Source: an uncultured Candidatus Binatia bacterium
GTDB lineage: Bacteria > Desulfobacterota > Binatia > UBA9968 > JAJDTQ01
Length of the DNA: 64,000 bases
Reading direction: 5' to 3'
NCBI GenBank assembly: GCA_965204235.1
Contig: OZ241979.1
Location: 2,744,907 to 2,808,906 of the forward strand
The stretch's first letter is position 1; each line of letters opens with the position of its first letter. Of this stretch, positions 26,857 through 35,769 are shown one piece after another. Below the pieces are notes generated by a model. It did no database searches and was not told the DNA's origin. It was given only the letters and a program-made list of their open reading frames with translations. Both the position numbers and the translations under genes were made by a program.

Positions 26857-27031
26857 GGAACCTCGGAACAATTGCCCCGTTCATCCTGAGCGTAGCGAAG
26901 CGAAGTCCTCCGTTCATCCTGAGCGTAGCAAAGCGAAGAACTCCGTTCATCCTGAGCGTAGCGAAGCGGAGTCGAAGGACGCGCTTTCCCGTAGGGAGAT
27001 GCGCCTCGAGCCGGAATTGGTCAGAGGTTCC
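26857..27031 (+). repeat. MITE-like repeat copy 9 (complete, internal ~31-bp module x3, 175 bp)
   Basis: Three tandem ccgttcatcctgagcgtagcRaagcgRag modules between intact ends (ggaacctcggaacaattg / ttggtcagaggttcc). Confidence 0.88.
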
Positions 27032-27090
27032 TACGGTAACGGCGGTGCGCGAGTACGGACGGGACGGAAGGAGTCCGGGAGGAAGGTCCA

Positions 27091-27843
27091 ATGCGGCGGC
27101 TCGAAGGCAAGGTGGCCCTGGTGACGGGCTTCGGATCGGGTCTGGGGCGCGCCATCGCGGTGTGCTTCGCCCGGGAGGGATGTGCGGTGGCGGGGACCTC
27201 CACGACGGCGAGCAGGGGAGATGAGACCCTGGACCTCATCCGCGCCGAGGCGGGCGCCGCCCTGTTCCGGGCCGCGGACGTGAGGCGGTCGGACGAGATG
27301 AAGGAGGTGGTGGCTGCGGCGGTGGAGCGCTACGGCGGCCTCGACATCGTGGTCCACAGCGCCGGCGTCCGCACCAACGGCGCGGTGACGGAGATCTCGG
27401 AGGAGGACTGGGACCGGACCCTCGACACCAACCTGAAGGGGGTCTTCAACGTGTGCCGTCACGCCATCCCCGAGATGGTCCGGCGCGGCGGCGGGGTCGT
27501 CATCAACATCGCCGCCCGGTCGGGGATGATGGGACAGGCGGGCCGGGCCGCCTACTGCGCCTCCAAGGGAGGCATGGTGCGGTTGACCGAGGCCATGGCG
27601 GAAGACCACGCGCGGCAGAACATCCGGGTCAACTGCATCTGCCCCGGTCCCACCCGCACCCCCATGGTGGACGCTTCGACCCCGGAAAAGCTCGCCCGCT
27701 ACGCCGTCCGGGTGCCGCTGGGACGCATCGGGGAGCCGGAGGACGTGGCCCAGGCCGCGTTGTACCTGGCGTCGGATGCGGGTTCCCACGTGACCGCGGC
27801 CATCCTGCCCGTGGACGGCGGCATGCGGCTGGCCGGGGCATGA
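27091..27843 (+). CDS. SDR-family oxidoreductase (FabG-like)
   Basis: TGFGSGLG Rossmann motif, NAAG-like region and YCASK catalytic motif. Confidence 0.88.
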   Translation: MRRLEGKVALVTGFGSGLGRAIAVCFAREGCAVAGTSTTASRGDETLDLIRAEAGAALFRAADVRRSDEMKEVVAAAVERYGGLDIVVHSAGVRTNGAVTEISEEDWDRTLDTNLKGVFNVCRHAIPEMVRRGGGVVINIAARSGMMGQAGRAAYCASKGGMVRLTEAMAEDHARQNIRVNCICPGPTRTPMVDASTPEKLARYAVRVPLGRIGEPEDVAQAALYLASDAGSHVTAAILPVDGGMRLAGA

Positions 27844-27983
27844 ATCCGGGCGCTTCGGCGGCGTTCCGGAAGGCAAATCCGGCCCGAAAAGTCAAGCCTG
27901 GGGAGGGCGATTCATGGGTTGACCCCTCACTTGCGATGTTCTAAAGGTGGCTACTCCAAAACTGACGGGAAGAGGAACGACGT

Positions 27984-29279
27984 ATGACGGCAGAGACTTT
28001 GACCGTGACGGACAACCGGACGGGCGCCACCTACGAGATCCCGATACGGAACGGCGCCATCAACGCTTTCCACCTTCGGCAGATCAGGAAGTCGGAAGGC
28101 GACTTCGGCCTCATGAGCTACGACCCGGGCTTCCTCAACACGGCCTCGTGCCACAGCCGCGTCACCTTCATCGACGGCGACGCGGGCATACTGCGTTACC
28201 GGGGATACCCCATCGAGCAACTGGCGGAGGAGAGCAGCTACCTGGAGACCACCTACCTCATCTTCCACGGGGAGCTGCCGACGGTTCCGGAGCTGGAAGA
28301 GTGGCGGTGGAGCGTGGCCAACCACATGCTGCTCCACGAGAACATCAAGAAGTTCATCGACGGGTTCAAGTACGACGCCCACCCCATGGGCATGCTGGTG
28401 AGCTCCATCGCCGCCCTCTCCACCTTCTACCCCGACGCCAAGAAGATGTTCGACCCGGAGTCCCGGCGCACACAGATATTCCGCCTGATGGGCAAGATCC
28501 CCACGCTGGCGGCCTTCGTCTATCGCCACAGCATGGGACTGCCCTACGCCTACCCGGACAACGAGCTCAGCTACACCGGCAACTTCCTCAACATGCTCTT
28601 CAAGATGACCGAGCTCAAGTATTCGCCGAACCCGGTGCTGGAGAAGGCCCTCGACGTGCTCTTCATCCTGCATGCGGACCACGAGCAGAACTGCAGCACC
28701 AACGCCATGCGCAGCGTGGGCAGCTCCCAGGCCGACCCGTACTCGGCTCTGGCGGGGGCCGCGGCCGCCCTCTACGGCCCGCTCCACGGCGGCGCCAACG
28801 AGATGGTGTTGCGCATGCTGGAGGAGATCGGCTCCAGGGACAGGGTGCCGGCCTTCATCAAGGGGGTAAAGGCCGGCGAGGGGCGCCTCATGGGCTTCGG
28901 CCACCGAGTTTACAAGAACTACGACCCCCGGGCGAAGGTGATCAAGCGGGTGGCGGACCAGGTCTTCGAGGTCACCGGCCGCAACCCGCTGCTGGACATC
29001 GCCCTGGAGCTCGAACGCATCGCGCTGGAGGACGAGTACTTCATCGACCGCAAGCTCTATCCCAACGTGGACTTCTACTCCGGCCTCATCTACCAGTCCA
29101 TGGGGCTGCCCGTGAGCATGTTCCCGGTGCTGTTCGCCATCGCCAGGACCTCGGGCTGGCTCGCCCAGTGGGTGGAGATGCTGGAAGACCCCGAGCAGAA
29201 GCTCGCGCGCCCGCGCCAACTCTACCTGGGCTCGGACGTGCGCGACTACGTCCCCATGGACCGCCGCCGCGCCGCGTAG
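27984..29279 (+). CDS. gltA: Citrate synthase (type II)
   Basis: GILRYRGYPIEQL, HADHEQN and GFGHRVYKNYDPR motifs. Confidence 0.95.
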   Translation: MTAETLTVTDNRTGATYEIPIRNGAINAFHLRQIRKSEGDFGLMSYDPGFLNTASCHSRVTFIDGDAGILRYRGYPIEQLAEESSYLETTYLIFHGELPTVPELEEWRWSVANHMLLHENIKKFIDGFKYDAHPMGMLVSSIAALSTFYPDAKKMFDPESRRTQIFRLMGKIPTLAAFVYRHSMGLPYAYPDNELSYTGNFLNMLFKMTELKYSPNPVLEKALDVLFILHADHEQNCSTNAMRSVGSSQADPYSALAGAAAALYGPLHGGANEMVLRMLEEIGSRDRVPAFIKGVKAGEGRLMGFGHRVYKNYDPRAKVIKRVADQVFEVTGRNPLLDIALELERIALEDEYFIDRKLYPNVDFYSGLIYQSMGLPVSMFPVLFAIARTSGWLAQWVEMLEDPEQKLARPRQLYLGSDVRDYVPMDRRRAA

Positions 29280-29349
29280 GGGACTCCCGGTCCCCGAGGC
29301 GGATGCGGCGCCAGGACCGTGACGGCCCGAGAACCTCGCAAGTTGACCA

Positions 29350-31494
29350 ATGGCGAGACCTGACCCGGAGACGCAAAGAGAACTTGACCAACCCTTCCGC
29401 CCTCGGGCAAGAGTACTGCAACTGCTCGGTGACGAACTGATCGGCAGCTCGCGTCTTGCGGTCTTCGAGCTGGTCAAGAACGCTTATGACGCAGACGCCA
29501 CCGAGGCTGTCGTCCGACTGGATTTCACGTGCGGGGATGAACCCACCATAGCCGTGGCCGACGACGGTGAAGGCATGTCCCTGGACATCATACGGTCCGT
29601 ATGGCTCGTTCCGGGGCACGAGTACCGGAAGAAACAGCGCGACGGCGGTGGGCGTACCCCCGGACACGATCGGCTGCCTCTCGGGGAAAAGGGCCTGGGG
29701 CGCTTCGCAGTTCACAAGCTGGGAAACCACATCCGTCTGGTCACCCGTGCGCGCGACTCCGATGAATGCGTTGTAGAGATCGACTGGAATGATCTGATCG
29801 CCAAACCATACCTGGACGAGGCGCCTGTAAGGATACGTACCCGTCCTGCAGAGATATTCACACAGGAGAGAACGGGAACGCGAATCGAGGTCAGCGAACT
29901 GCGTCCTCCCGTGTGGTCTCGGCGAGAAGTACGGCGTCTTCACAACCAGATCACCTCGATCTGTTCCCCGTTCACGGAACCCGGAGATTTTCGAGCGATT
30001 CTGGAGGTTCCGGGCAGGGAACACTGGATCGAAGATCTTCCCGACTTCGCCGCGATAAAGGATCGGGCGATCTGGAAGTTCACGTTCATGCTGGAGGATG
30101 GCAGGTTTGATTCAGTCTATGAGTTCCGGCGACTCCCCGAATTCAACCTCGATGGCCGCAAAGCCTCGAAGGAAAGCGGCAGACTGCAACTCCCGCCGAG
30201 ATCCGACGGCAACGGGACGGAGAGGAAGGTTGTCGCCGACGAAGCAACCACCCGGGGAATCGGTCCGGTGCTGGGAGAATTTCATGTTTTCGATCGTGAT
30301 CGAGAAGTGCTTCGACGCCTGACGGATACCCGTCTGATGACCGGCTATCTCGACGAAAACGGAGGAGTTCGTGTCTATCGTGACGGCATTCGAGTGTACA
30401 ACTACGGGGAACAGGGCGATGACTGGCTGGGTCTCGATTTGCGGCGTGTGAACATCCCGACTCGCCGCATCAGTCGCAACATCATCCTGGGCGCGATCTA
30501 TCTGTCCCTGGGATCATCCAGTGAACTGGTGGAAAAGACCAACCGCGAAGGCTTCGTCGAGAACGACGCCTGTACCCGACTTCGGCAAATCGTGCTGGGG
30601 GTATTGGGGGCACTGGAGACAGAACGACAGAAGGACAAAGAGCAAATTCGACGGCTCGCGGAGAAACCGGACGACCCTGTGGCCTCCCGGATCAAGAAAC
30701 CCATTCAAGACTTGAGGAAGGCGCTTGCCGAGCAGGAAGTGGCCGAAAAGTTTGAGCCCTACGTAGCGAAGATCGAGCAGTACTACGATAACATGCAGGA
30801 GACACTGCTTGCCGCGGGCCTGTCTGGTCTGAATCTTGCTGTGGTGTTTCACGAAGTGGAGAGGGGCGTCCGTGTCCTGCATCAGGTCATAGTCGAACGC
30901 CGGGACATGGCGGGCGCCGCCAGCCAAGCTCGGGAGCTAATGCATCTTCTCGACGGTTTTGCCACCCTGTTGCGCCGAGACAGCAAGAAACGACACCATG
31001 CAAGTCGCCTCGGTCGGGCGGCGCGGCAGTTCAATGGTCTGCGGCTTCGCCACCACCGGGTCAGGTTTACCTGTCCGCTGCTTGATGGCGAGGGAGATTT
31101 TGAAGCGATCTTTTCGTTCAGACTGATGGTGGGGGCCTTGAACAACCTGATCGACAATTCGCTTTACTGGCTCAGAGTTCGATGGCCGGAAGTCCCGGAA
31201 GAGGATGAAAGCTCTGAACGCCGTATCTTCGTGGGTGCGACCCGGGATTTTGACGATGGACCGGCCATTATCGTTGCAGATAACGGGGAGGGGTTCCAGG
31301 GTGATGACCCGGAGCATCTTGCATATCCGTTTTTTACACGTAAACCAGACGGTATGGGTCTTGGCCTCTACTATGCAAACCTGACCATGGAGTTGCACGG
31401 GGGACGGCTCGTGTTCCCGCAACCGGACGAAGTCGATGTCCCTGACGGGTATGATGGTGCTATTGTTGCCATGATCTTCAAGGAAGAAAAGTGA
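29350..31494 (+). CDS. Soluble double-GHKL protein: N-terminal MORC/HATPase_c_3-like ATPase plus a C-terminal histidine-kinase-like DHp/HATPase_c module
   Basis: N-terminus: ELVKNAYDA, ADDGEGM, GEKGLGRF. C-terminus: candidate H-box VFHEVERG, N-box NNLIDNSLYW, G1 ADNGEGF, G2 GMGLGLY. No TM segments. Confidence 0.75.
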   Translation: MARPDPETQRELDQPFRPRARVLQLLGDELIGSSRLAVFELVKNAYDADATEAVVRLDFTCGDEPTIAVADDGEGMSLDIIRSVWLVPGHEYRKKQRDGGGRTPGHDRLPLGEKGLGRFAVHKLGNHIRLVTRARDSDECVVEIDWNDLIAKPYLDEAPVRIRTRPAEIFTQERTGTRIEVSELRPPVWSRREVRRLHNQITSICSPFTEPGDFRAILEVPGREHWIEDLPDFAAIKDRAIWKFTFMLEDGRFDSVYEFRRLPEFNLDGRKASKESGRLQLPPRSDGNGTERKVVADEATTRGIGPVLGEFHVFDRDREVLRRLTDTRLMTGYLDENGGVRVYRDGIRVYNYGEQGDDWLGLDLRRVNIPTRRISRNIILGAIYLSLGSSSELVEKTNREGFVENDACTRLRQIVLGVLGALETERQKDKEQIRRLAEKPDDPVASRIKKPIQDLRKALAEQEVAEKFEPYVAKIEQYYDNMQETLLAAGLSGLNLAVVFHEVERGVRVLHQVIVERRDMAGAASQARELMHLLDGFATLLRRDSKKRHHASRLGRAARQFNGLRLRHHRVRFTCPLLDGEGDFEAIFSFRLMVGALNNLIDNSLYWLRVRWPEVPEEDESSERRIFVGATRDFDDGPAIIVADNGEGFQGDDPEHLAYPFFTRKPDGMGLGLYYANLTMELHGGRLVFPQPDEVDVPDGYDGAIVAMIFKEEK

Positions 31495-32792
31495 TGCTGC
31501 CCTCCCCAAGGGTCATAGTCGTCGATGACGAGCTCGACCATCTGCGAGGTTTGGCGCGGTGTCTGAACAGCCACGGTGTGGCGTGTCTCGAAATACACTT
31601 CGCAGGGGACTCTTCCGGTCTCAAGCCGTGCCCGGACGTCCGAATCATCTTCGCCGATCTGCACCTTGCCGGTCCTGCATCCAATCCAGATGCGTATTTC
31701 GCTACAATCGGCGGACTTCTCGAGGAGACGATCCAGCCATCCGGTCCTTACTTCATCGTGTTATGGACCGTATATCCAGATCAGGCGTCGGCGCTGTTGA
31801 AGTTCCTCGAGGACCGGCTTCAGCGTGTAACGAAACCCTTTGATATTCTCCCACTGGAAAAAGGCAGATACCTTGACGAGAAGGGTCTGGTCGAGAACGA
31901 AGAAGCACTGATGGCGGAAATCCAGGCTATCACCGAAAGGCTTCCCCAGATCGGCGCCCTTTTCAACTGGGAGCGTCGTGTGCTCGAAGCGACAGGGAAG
32001 ACTCTGGCGTCAGTGCTTGAACTGGCGTCAGCAGAAGAAGTGGACAAACGGGCATCGGAGGTCGGCAGGATTCTCGCGAACCTTGCAAGCGGAGCGGTTG
32101 GCCAGCCTCACGTCGAAGAGGATCGCTTTCGAGCCGTTAACGATGCGCTGTTGCCGGTTCTCGCCGACCGGATTGCCAGTCTGCGCAAAGCCGACAGGGA
32201 CAGGGGCGTCTGGGAGAAGGCTTTCGACCCTGCCGTTGCTTCACAAAACCTTTCCGTCCAAGTGGCTGCAAGGCTCAATCAGTTGGCTCACATCGACGTT
32301 ACGGAACCGGGCCGCGTGAAAGGATCCGATCCTGGCGTCATCGTCCCGTTGCCGGAATCGTTTCGGAAAGACTTCGGGGACATGTTTGGAATCGACGAGA
32401 GGGATGCAGCCAAAACGCAGTTTCGCTGTAAGGCTTTCGATCCGCAAGATGGTCGTTTCCGTTGGGTACTGGTGCAGGCGCAGGCCGCGTGTGACCACGC
32501 CCAGACGCAACCAGGATCGTTACCATACTATCTTGGTCTCGACTTTCCTCATGCCTGCGTCCAGAGGAACCGGACGTCCCCCGAGCCTTTGTGGGAAAGT
32601 CCCGTATTCCAGTTCGATGGCGAGAGTCGTGTTCTGCATGTCAGCGCCCGTTTCCCGATGGGAATGTCTCACGTTCAGGCTCAGGGCGCCATGCCGCTAT
32701 ACCGACTTCGTGAGCAGATCCTCAACCATCTGATCTACCGGCTCCACGGTCACGGTGCTCGCCCCGGCATGATTTCCTTTCGCGGACAGTGA
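31491..32792 (+). CDS. Receiver (REC) domain protein with ~300-aa uncharacterised C-terminal domain
   Basis: VVDDE (acidic pair), IIFADLHL (phospho-acceptor Asp), IVLWT and VTKPF form a full CheY-like residue set. Its start overlaps the upstream stop (GTGATG). Confidence 0.7.
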   Translation: MMLPSPRVIVVDDELDHLRGLARCLNSHGVACLEIHFAGDSSGLKPCPDVRIIFADLHLAGPASNPDAYFATIGGLLEETIQPSGPYFIVLWTVYPDQASALLKFLEDRLQRVTKPFDILPLEKGRYLDEKGLVENEEALMAEIQAITERLPQIGALFNWERRVLEATGKTLASVLELASAEEVDKRASEVGRILANLASGAVGQPHVEEDRFRAVNDALLPVLADRIASLRKADRDRGVWEKAFDPAVASQNLSVQVAARLNQLAHIDVTEPGRVKGSDPGVIVPLPESFRKDFGDMFGIDERDAAKTQFRCKAFDPQDGRFRWVLVQAQAACDHAQTQPGSLPYYLGLDFPHACVQRNRTSPEPLWESPVFQFDGESRVLHVSARFPMGMSHVQAQGAMPLYRLREQILNHLIYRLHGHGARPGMISFRGQ

Positions 32793-32836
32793 GATCCGCT
32801 GGTTGCGGCGACTCCACAGGCCTGTCAAGTACATGG

Positions 32837-33790
32837 TCAGACCTCTGACACCAGTGACCGCACCACCGTTTCCATGACCGGTGGACAGACGCCGTTTCCG
32901 AGAAGCCGTATGCGGTCGCGGCGCGAGCCGAAGGGCAACTTGAAGTCGTCGCGGCACCCCATGGCCCGTTTGAGTTCGGGCACCTGCAGCATCCGCATCC
33001 TCGGCGCGTCACCGTCGTAGTGGACGAGTGCAAACCGGTCCACCGTGGTGATCGTGCGGAGGGGACGATCGAGAGGCTGCCAGCCTCCGCTTCCGTCACT
33101 GCTGTAATAGACGAGCAGGAAACTGGCGTATTCGCCAAGGGCGTCGAATCCCCGTTGTGCCCTTTCGAGGGTGGCGGCAGCGCGGTCCGCCTTGAACAGA
33201 GGGGAGGTTCCCCACGTGCCGGCGGGGTCGAGTATGGACGCCGCTGTCCTGTGGTGTCCAGAATACCTATGCAACGTCGGGTTGGGAGGCTGCTCGCGGT
33301 CGCACACCAGAAACAGCCTTCGCCGCGTCTGCGGGACTCTGAAGTCAGCGGCGTCCAGGGTCCGCTCGTCGAGGTGGTATCCCAGTTTCCGGAGGCTCCG
33401 TTTCAATTCCTCGTACCGTGACCAGGGACGCATGTAGATGACGTTCTCGAGAACGAGCCAACGGGGTCGGAGGGCGCTGGCGTACTCGACCACCAGCATT
33501 GCAGTCGCACGGCTGGACTCGTCTCTCGGCGCCGAACCCTTGGCGCAGGTATGATTGCGGCACTCCGGCGACGCGAGCAGGATGTCGATCCGACCCACCG
33601 TGGCCTTGAAGCGGTTGATGGACAGGTCTTCCAGCCGGCTGGTGACGACGTGGGCTTCGGGGAAGTTCGCCGCGAAGGTAGCGGTCGCGGTCGCGCACAT
33701 GTCGATTCCGGCTACGATCTCGACACCTGCCGCTCTTGCCCCGGCACTGCTTCCCCCCGCCCCGCAGAAGATGTCACATCCCCGTATCAC
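32837..33790 (-). CDS. dcm: DNA cytosine-5 methyltransferase
   Basis: DIFCGAGG (motif I), SPECRNHT (PC motif IV), ENV (motif VI) and a C-terminal GNGVCPP. GTG 33790 was chosen because it overlaps the vsr stop (GTGA). Confidence 0.88.
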   Translation of the reverse strand: MIRGCDIFCGAGGSSAGARAAGVEIVAGIDMCATATATFAANFPEAHVVTSRLEDLSINRFKATVGRIDILLASPECRNHTCAKGSAPRDESSRATAMLVVEYASALRPRWLVLENVIYMRPWSRYEELKRSLRKLGYHLDERTLDAADFRVPQTRRRLFLVCDREQPPNPTLHRYSGHHRTAASILDPAGTWGTSPLFKADRAAATLERAQRGFDALGEYASFLLVYYSSDGSGGWQPLDRPLRTITTVDRFALVHYDGDAPRMRMLQVPELKRAMGCRDDFKLPFGSRRDRIRLLGNGVCPPVMETVVRSLVSEV

Positions 33791-34044
33791 CTGACGGACT
33801 CGCTTGCGTCGCCTCTCTCCGAACCCAGGTAGTTCAAGAGGCGTTCCTGCACCGCCGTTTCGTTGCGGGTCTCGCACTCCCAGAGGACGAGGACCTGCCA
33901 GCCAAGTCGTTTCAAGGCGTCTTCGTTTCGGTGATCTCGGGCGACGTTCTGGCTGAACTTGTCGGTCCAGAACTGAATCAAATAAGAAGTGTTGGCGAGG
34001 GTAGCGCTGGGTGGGCCACAAACCCCACGCTCGCCCGCAGGCAT
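33787..34044 (-). pseudogene. vsr: Very-short-patch repair endonuclease, C-terminal fragment only
   Basis: FWTDKFSQNVARDHRNEDALKRLGWQVLVLWECE matches the Vsr C-terminus. The N-terminal catalytic half is absent, and the first ~20 codons come from a 72-bp repeat element. Confidence 0.65.
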
Positions 34045-34071
34045 GAGAGTCGTGCGAATGCTTCCAGCGCC
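34000..34071 (-). repeat. Structured ~70-nt repeat, family 2, copy 1
   Basis: The reverse complement aligns with 43851-43919: GGCGCTGGAAGCA...ACTCTCATGCCTGCGGGCGAGCGYGGGGTTTGYGKCCCRCCCAGCGCYACC. Confidence 0.7.
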
Positions 34072-34190
34072 ACTACTCCATTCTTAATCCACCCCGTGGT
34101 CATTGTCAATCTGCCGCGGGTCCGCCTCTGCGCCGCGGCCGCATGGGCAGACGGACTCCTGCACCGGCTCGACCGGCGGTGGCATCCGCA

Positions 34191-34637
34191 TCAGACGTCG
34201 CTCCCGGCGTCCTGGACGGAGACCGCTGCGGAGAAGCCGCCGTTTTCGAGGCGCCGCCGCAGCTCCTCGCTGCCGCCCTGGGCCATGAGGTCGAGGATCT
34301 CGCGGCGGACGGCGGGGTAGGTGCTGCCTGGCGGGAGGGGTCCCACGAGGGGGCGCCAGTCCGCGGCCAGGTCGATGGCGGCCTCCTCGATCAGTTCCGC
34401 GTTGCGGCGGGCGGCGGCGGAGGCCAGGGCTGCGTCGGGCGCCCGGCCGGGCGGGAGTGCAGGGGCCGCGGGCGCGGGTTCCCACTCCCCGCCGTAGACG
34501 TCCAGGACGTGCTTCAGGGTCGGTCGCAGGCCGGAGGTGCGGGCGATCTGCTCCTCGCGGGTGGCGCGCCGGTCGAGGTCCTCGGGGGGCTCGGTGTCGT
34601 GGTGGATCCGCGGCGTGGCCGCGCCGGGGAAGTTCAT
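34191..34637 (-). CDS. Hypothetical protein
   Basis: 148 aa from MNFPGAATP, with coding-like composition. No motif recognised and the start is uncertain. Confidence 0.45.
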   Translation of the reverse strand: MNFPGAATPRIHHDTEPPEDLDRRATREEQIARTSGLRPTLKHVLDVYGGEWEPAPAAPALPPGRAPDAALASAAARRNAELIEEAAIDLAADWRPLVGPLPPGSTYPAVRREILDLMAQGGSEELRRRLENGGFSAAVSVQDAGSDV

Positions 34638-34715
34638 GGTCGTCCCGTCGCCGCGGCGCGTGCGCATGGACGCTGGACCGTCCGGGGTCGATCTGCTAGA
34701 CGTACACCCTTTCAA

Positions 34716-34825
34716 GGAACCTCTGAACGATTCCGGCTTGAGGCGCCTCTCCCTATGGGAAAGCGCGTCCTTCGACTTCGCTTCGCTACGCTCAGGACGA
34801 ACGGGGGCAATCGTTCAGGGTTTCC
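34716..34825 (-). repeat. MITE-like repeat copy 10 (complete, 110 bp)
   Basis: ggaacctctgaacgattccggcttgaggcgcctctccctatggg...gggggcaatcgttcagggtttcc. Confidence 0.88.
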
Positions 34826-34867
34826 CTGATATGGCTGCCTGGGGCCCTCCAAGTGATCCATTCCGCA

Positions 34868-35749
34868 ATGGCGCAAGACCGCGTGACCCTGGGATTGATC
34901 CAGTCCCGATCGGCTCCGGATCCCGACCGTAACCTTACCGCGACCGTGCGGCGCATCCGCCTTGCCGCGGAGGGCGGCGCCCGGATCGTCTGCGTCCAGG
35001 AGTTGTTTCGCTCGCGGTACTTTCCCCAGACCGAGGACACGGCCTCGTTCGGCCTGGCGGAGACCATCCCCGGTCCCACCACCGAGCGGTTCTGCCCCCT
35101 GGCCCGGGACCTGGAGGTGGTGATCGTGGCCTCCGTGTTCGAGGCGCGCGCCCCCGGCGTCTATCACAACACCGCGGTGGTCATCGACGCGGACGGACGG
35201 ATCCTGGGCAGGTACCGCAAGATGCACGTACCCGACGACCCGGGCTTCCACGAGAAGTTCTACTTCACCCCCGGGGACCTGGGGTTCCCCGTGTTTCGGA
35301 CCCGCCATGCCCGTGTGGGCGTGTTGATCTGCTGGGACCAGTGGTTTCCGGAAGCGGCGCGCTTGGCGGCCCTCGGCGGCGCCGAGATCCTCTTCTTCCC
35401 CACCGCCATCGGCTGGCGCGCCGACGAGAGCACGGCTGCGCGCCCGGCCCAACTCGACGCCTGGGAGATGGTGCAGCGGTCCCATGCGGTCACCAACGGC
35501 GTGTACGTGGCAGCGGTCAACCGCGTGGGCCGCGAGGGGGGCCTCACCTTCTGGGGCAGTTCGTTTGCCGCGGACCCCTCCGGCCGGGTGCTGGCCCGGG
35601 CCGCCCGGCACAAGGCCGAGACCCTGCTGGTGGACTGCGACCGGGCCGCGGTGGCGAAAGCCCGTCACGACTGGCCGTTCCTGAGGGACCGCCGAGTCGA
35701 TGCCTACCGCGGCCTTTCCAGACGGCTGCTGGACGACGAGCCCGGCTGA
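34868..35749 (+). CDS. aguB: N-carbamoylputrescine amidase (CN-hydrolase)
   Basis: Nitrilase-superfamily motifs (CVQELF, YRKMH, LICWDQWFPE) and pairing with aguA. Confidence 0.88.
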   Translation: MAQDRVTLGLIQSRSAPDPDRNLTATVRRIRLAAEGGARIVCVQELFRSRYFPQTEDTASFGLAETIPGPTTERFCPLARDLEVVIVASVFEARAPGVYHNTAVVIDADGRILGRYRKMHVPDDPGFHEKFYFTPGDLGFPVFRTRHARVGVLICWDQWFPEAARLAALGGAEILFFPTAIGWRADESTAARPAQLDAWEMVQRSHAVTNGVYVAAVNRVGREGGLTFWGSSFAADPSGRVLARAARHKAETLLVDCDRAAVAKARHDWPFLRDRRVDAYRGLSRRLLDDEPG

Positions 35750-35769
35750 GTCGGACCGGTGGGGCGTTG

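Noticed and set aside
26857-27031. Mini CRISPR-like array of ~31-bp repeats
   Set aside because: The units are directly tandem with no spacers, lie inside a MITE with intact terminal repeats, and no cas genes are present.
27919-27947. Sigma70-like promoter for gltA (TTGACC-N17-TAAAGG)
   Set aside because: The -10 hexamer matches the consensus at only 3 of 6 positions, and there is no supporting evidence. It is too weak to report as a feature.
34084-34485. 133-aa minus-strand ORF that might supply the missing Vsr N-terminus
   Set aside because: The product is Arg/Pro/Gly-rich with no Vsr motifs. It overlaps the better-supported ORF 34191-34637 in another frame.
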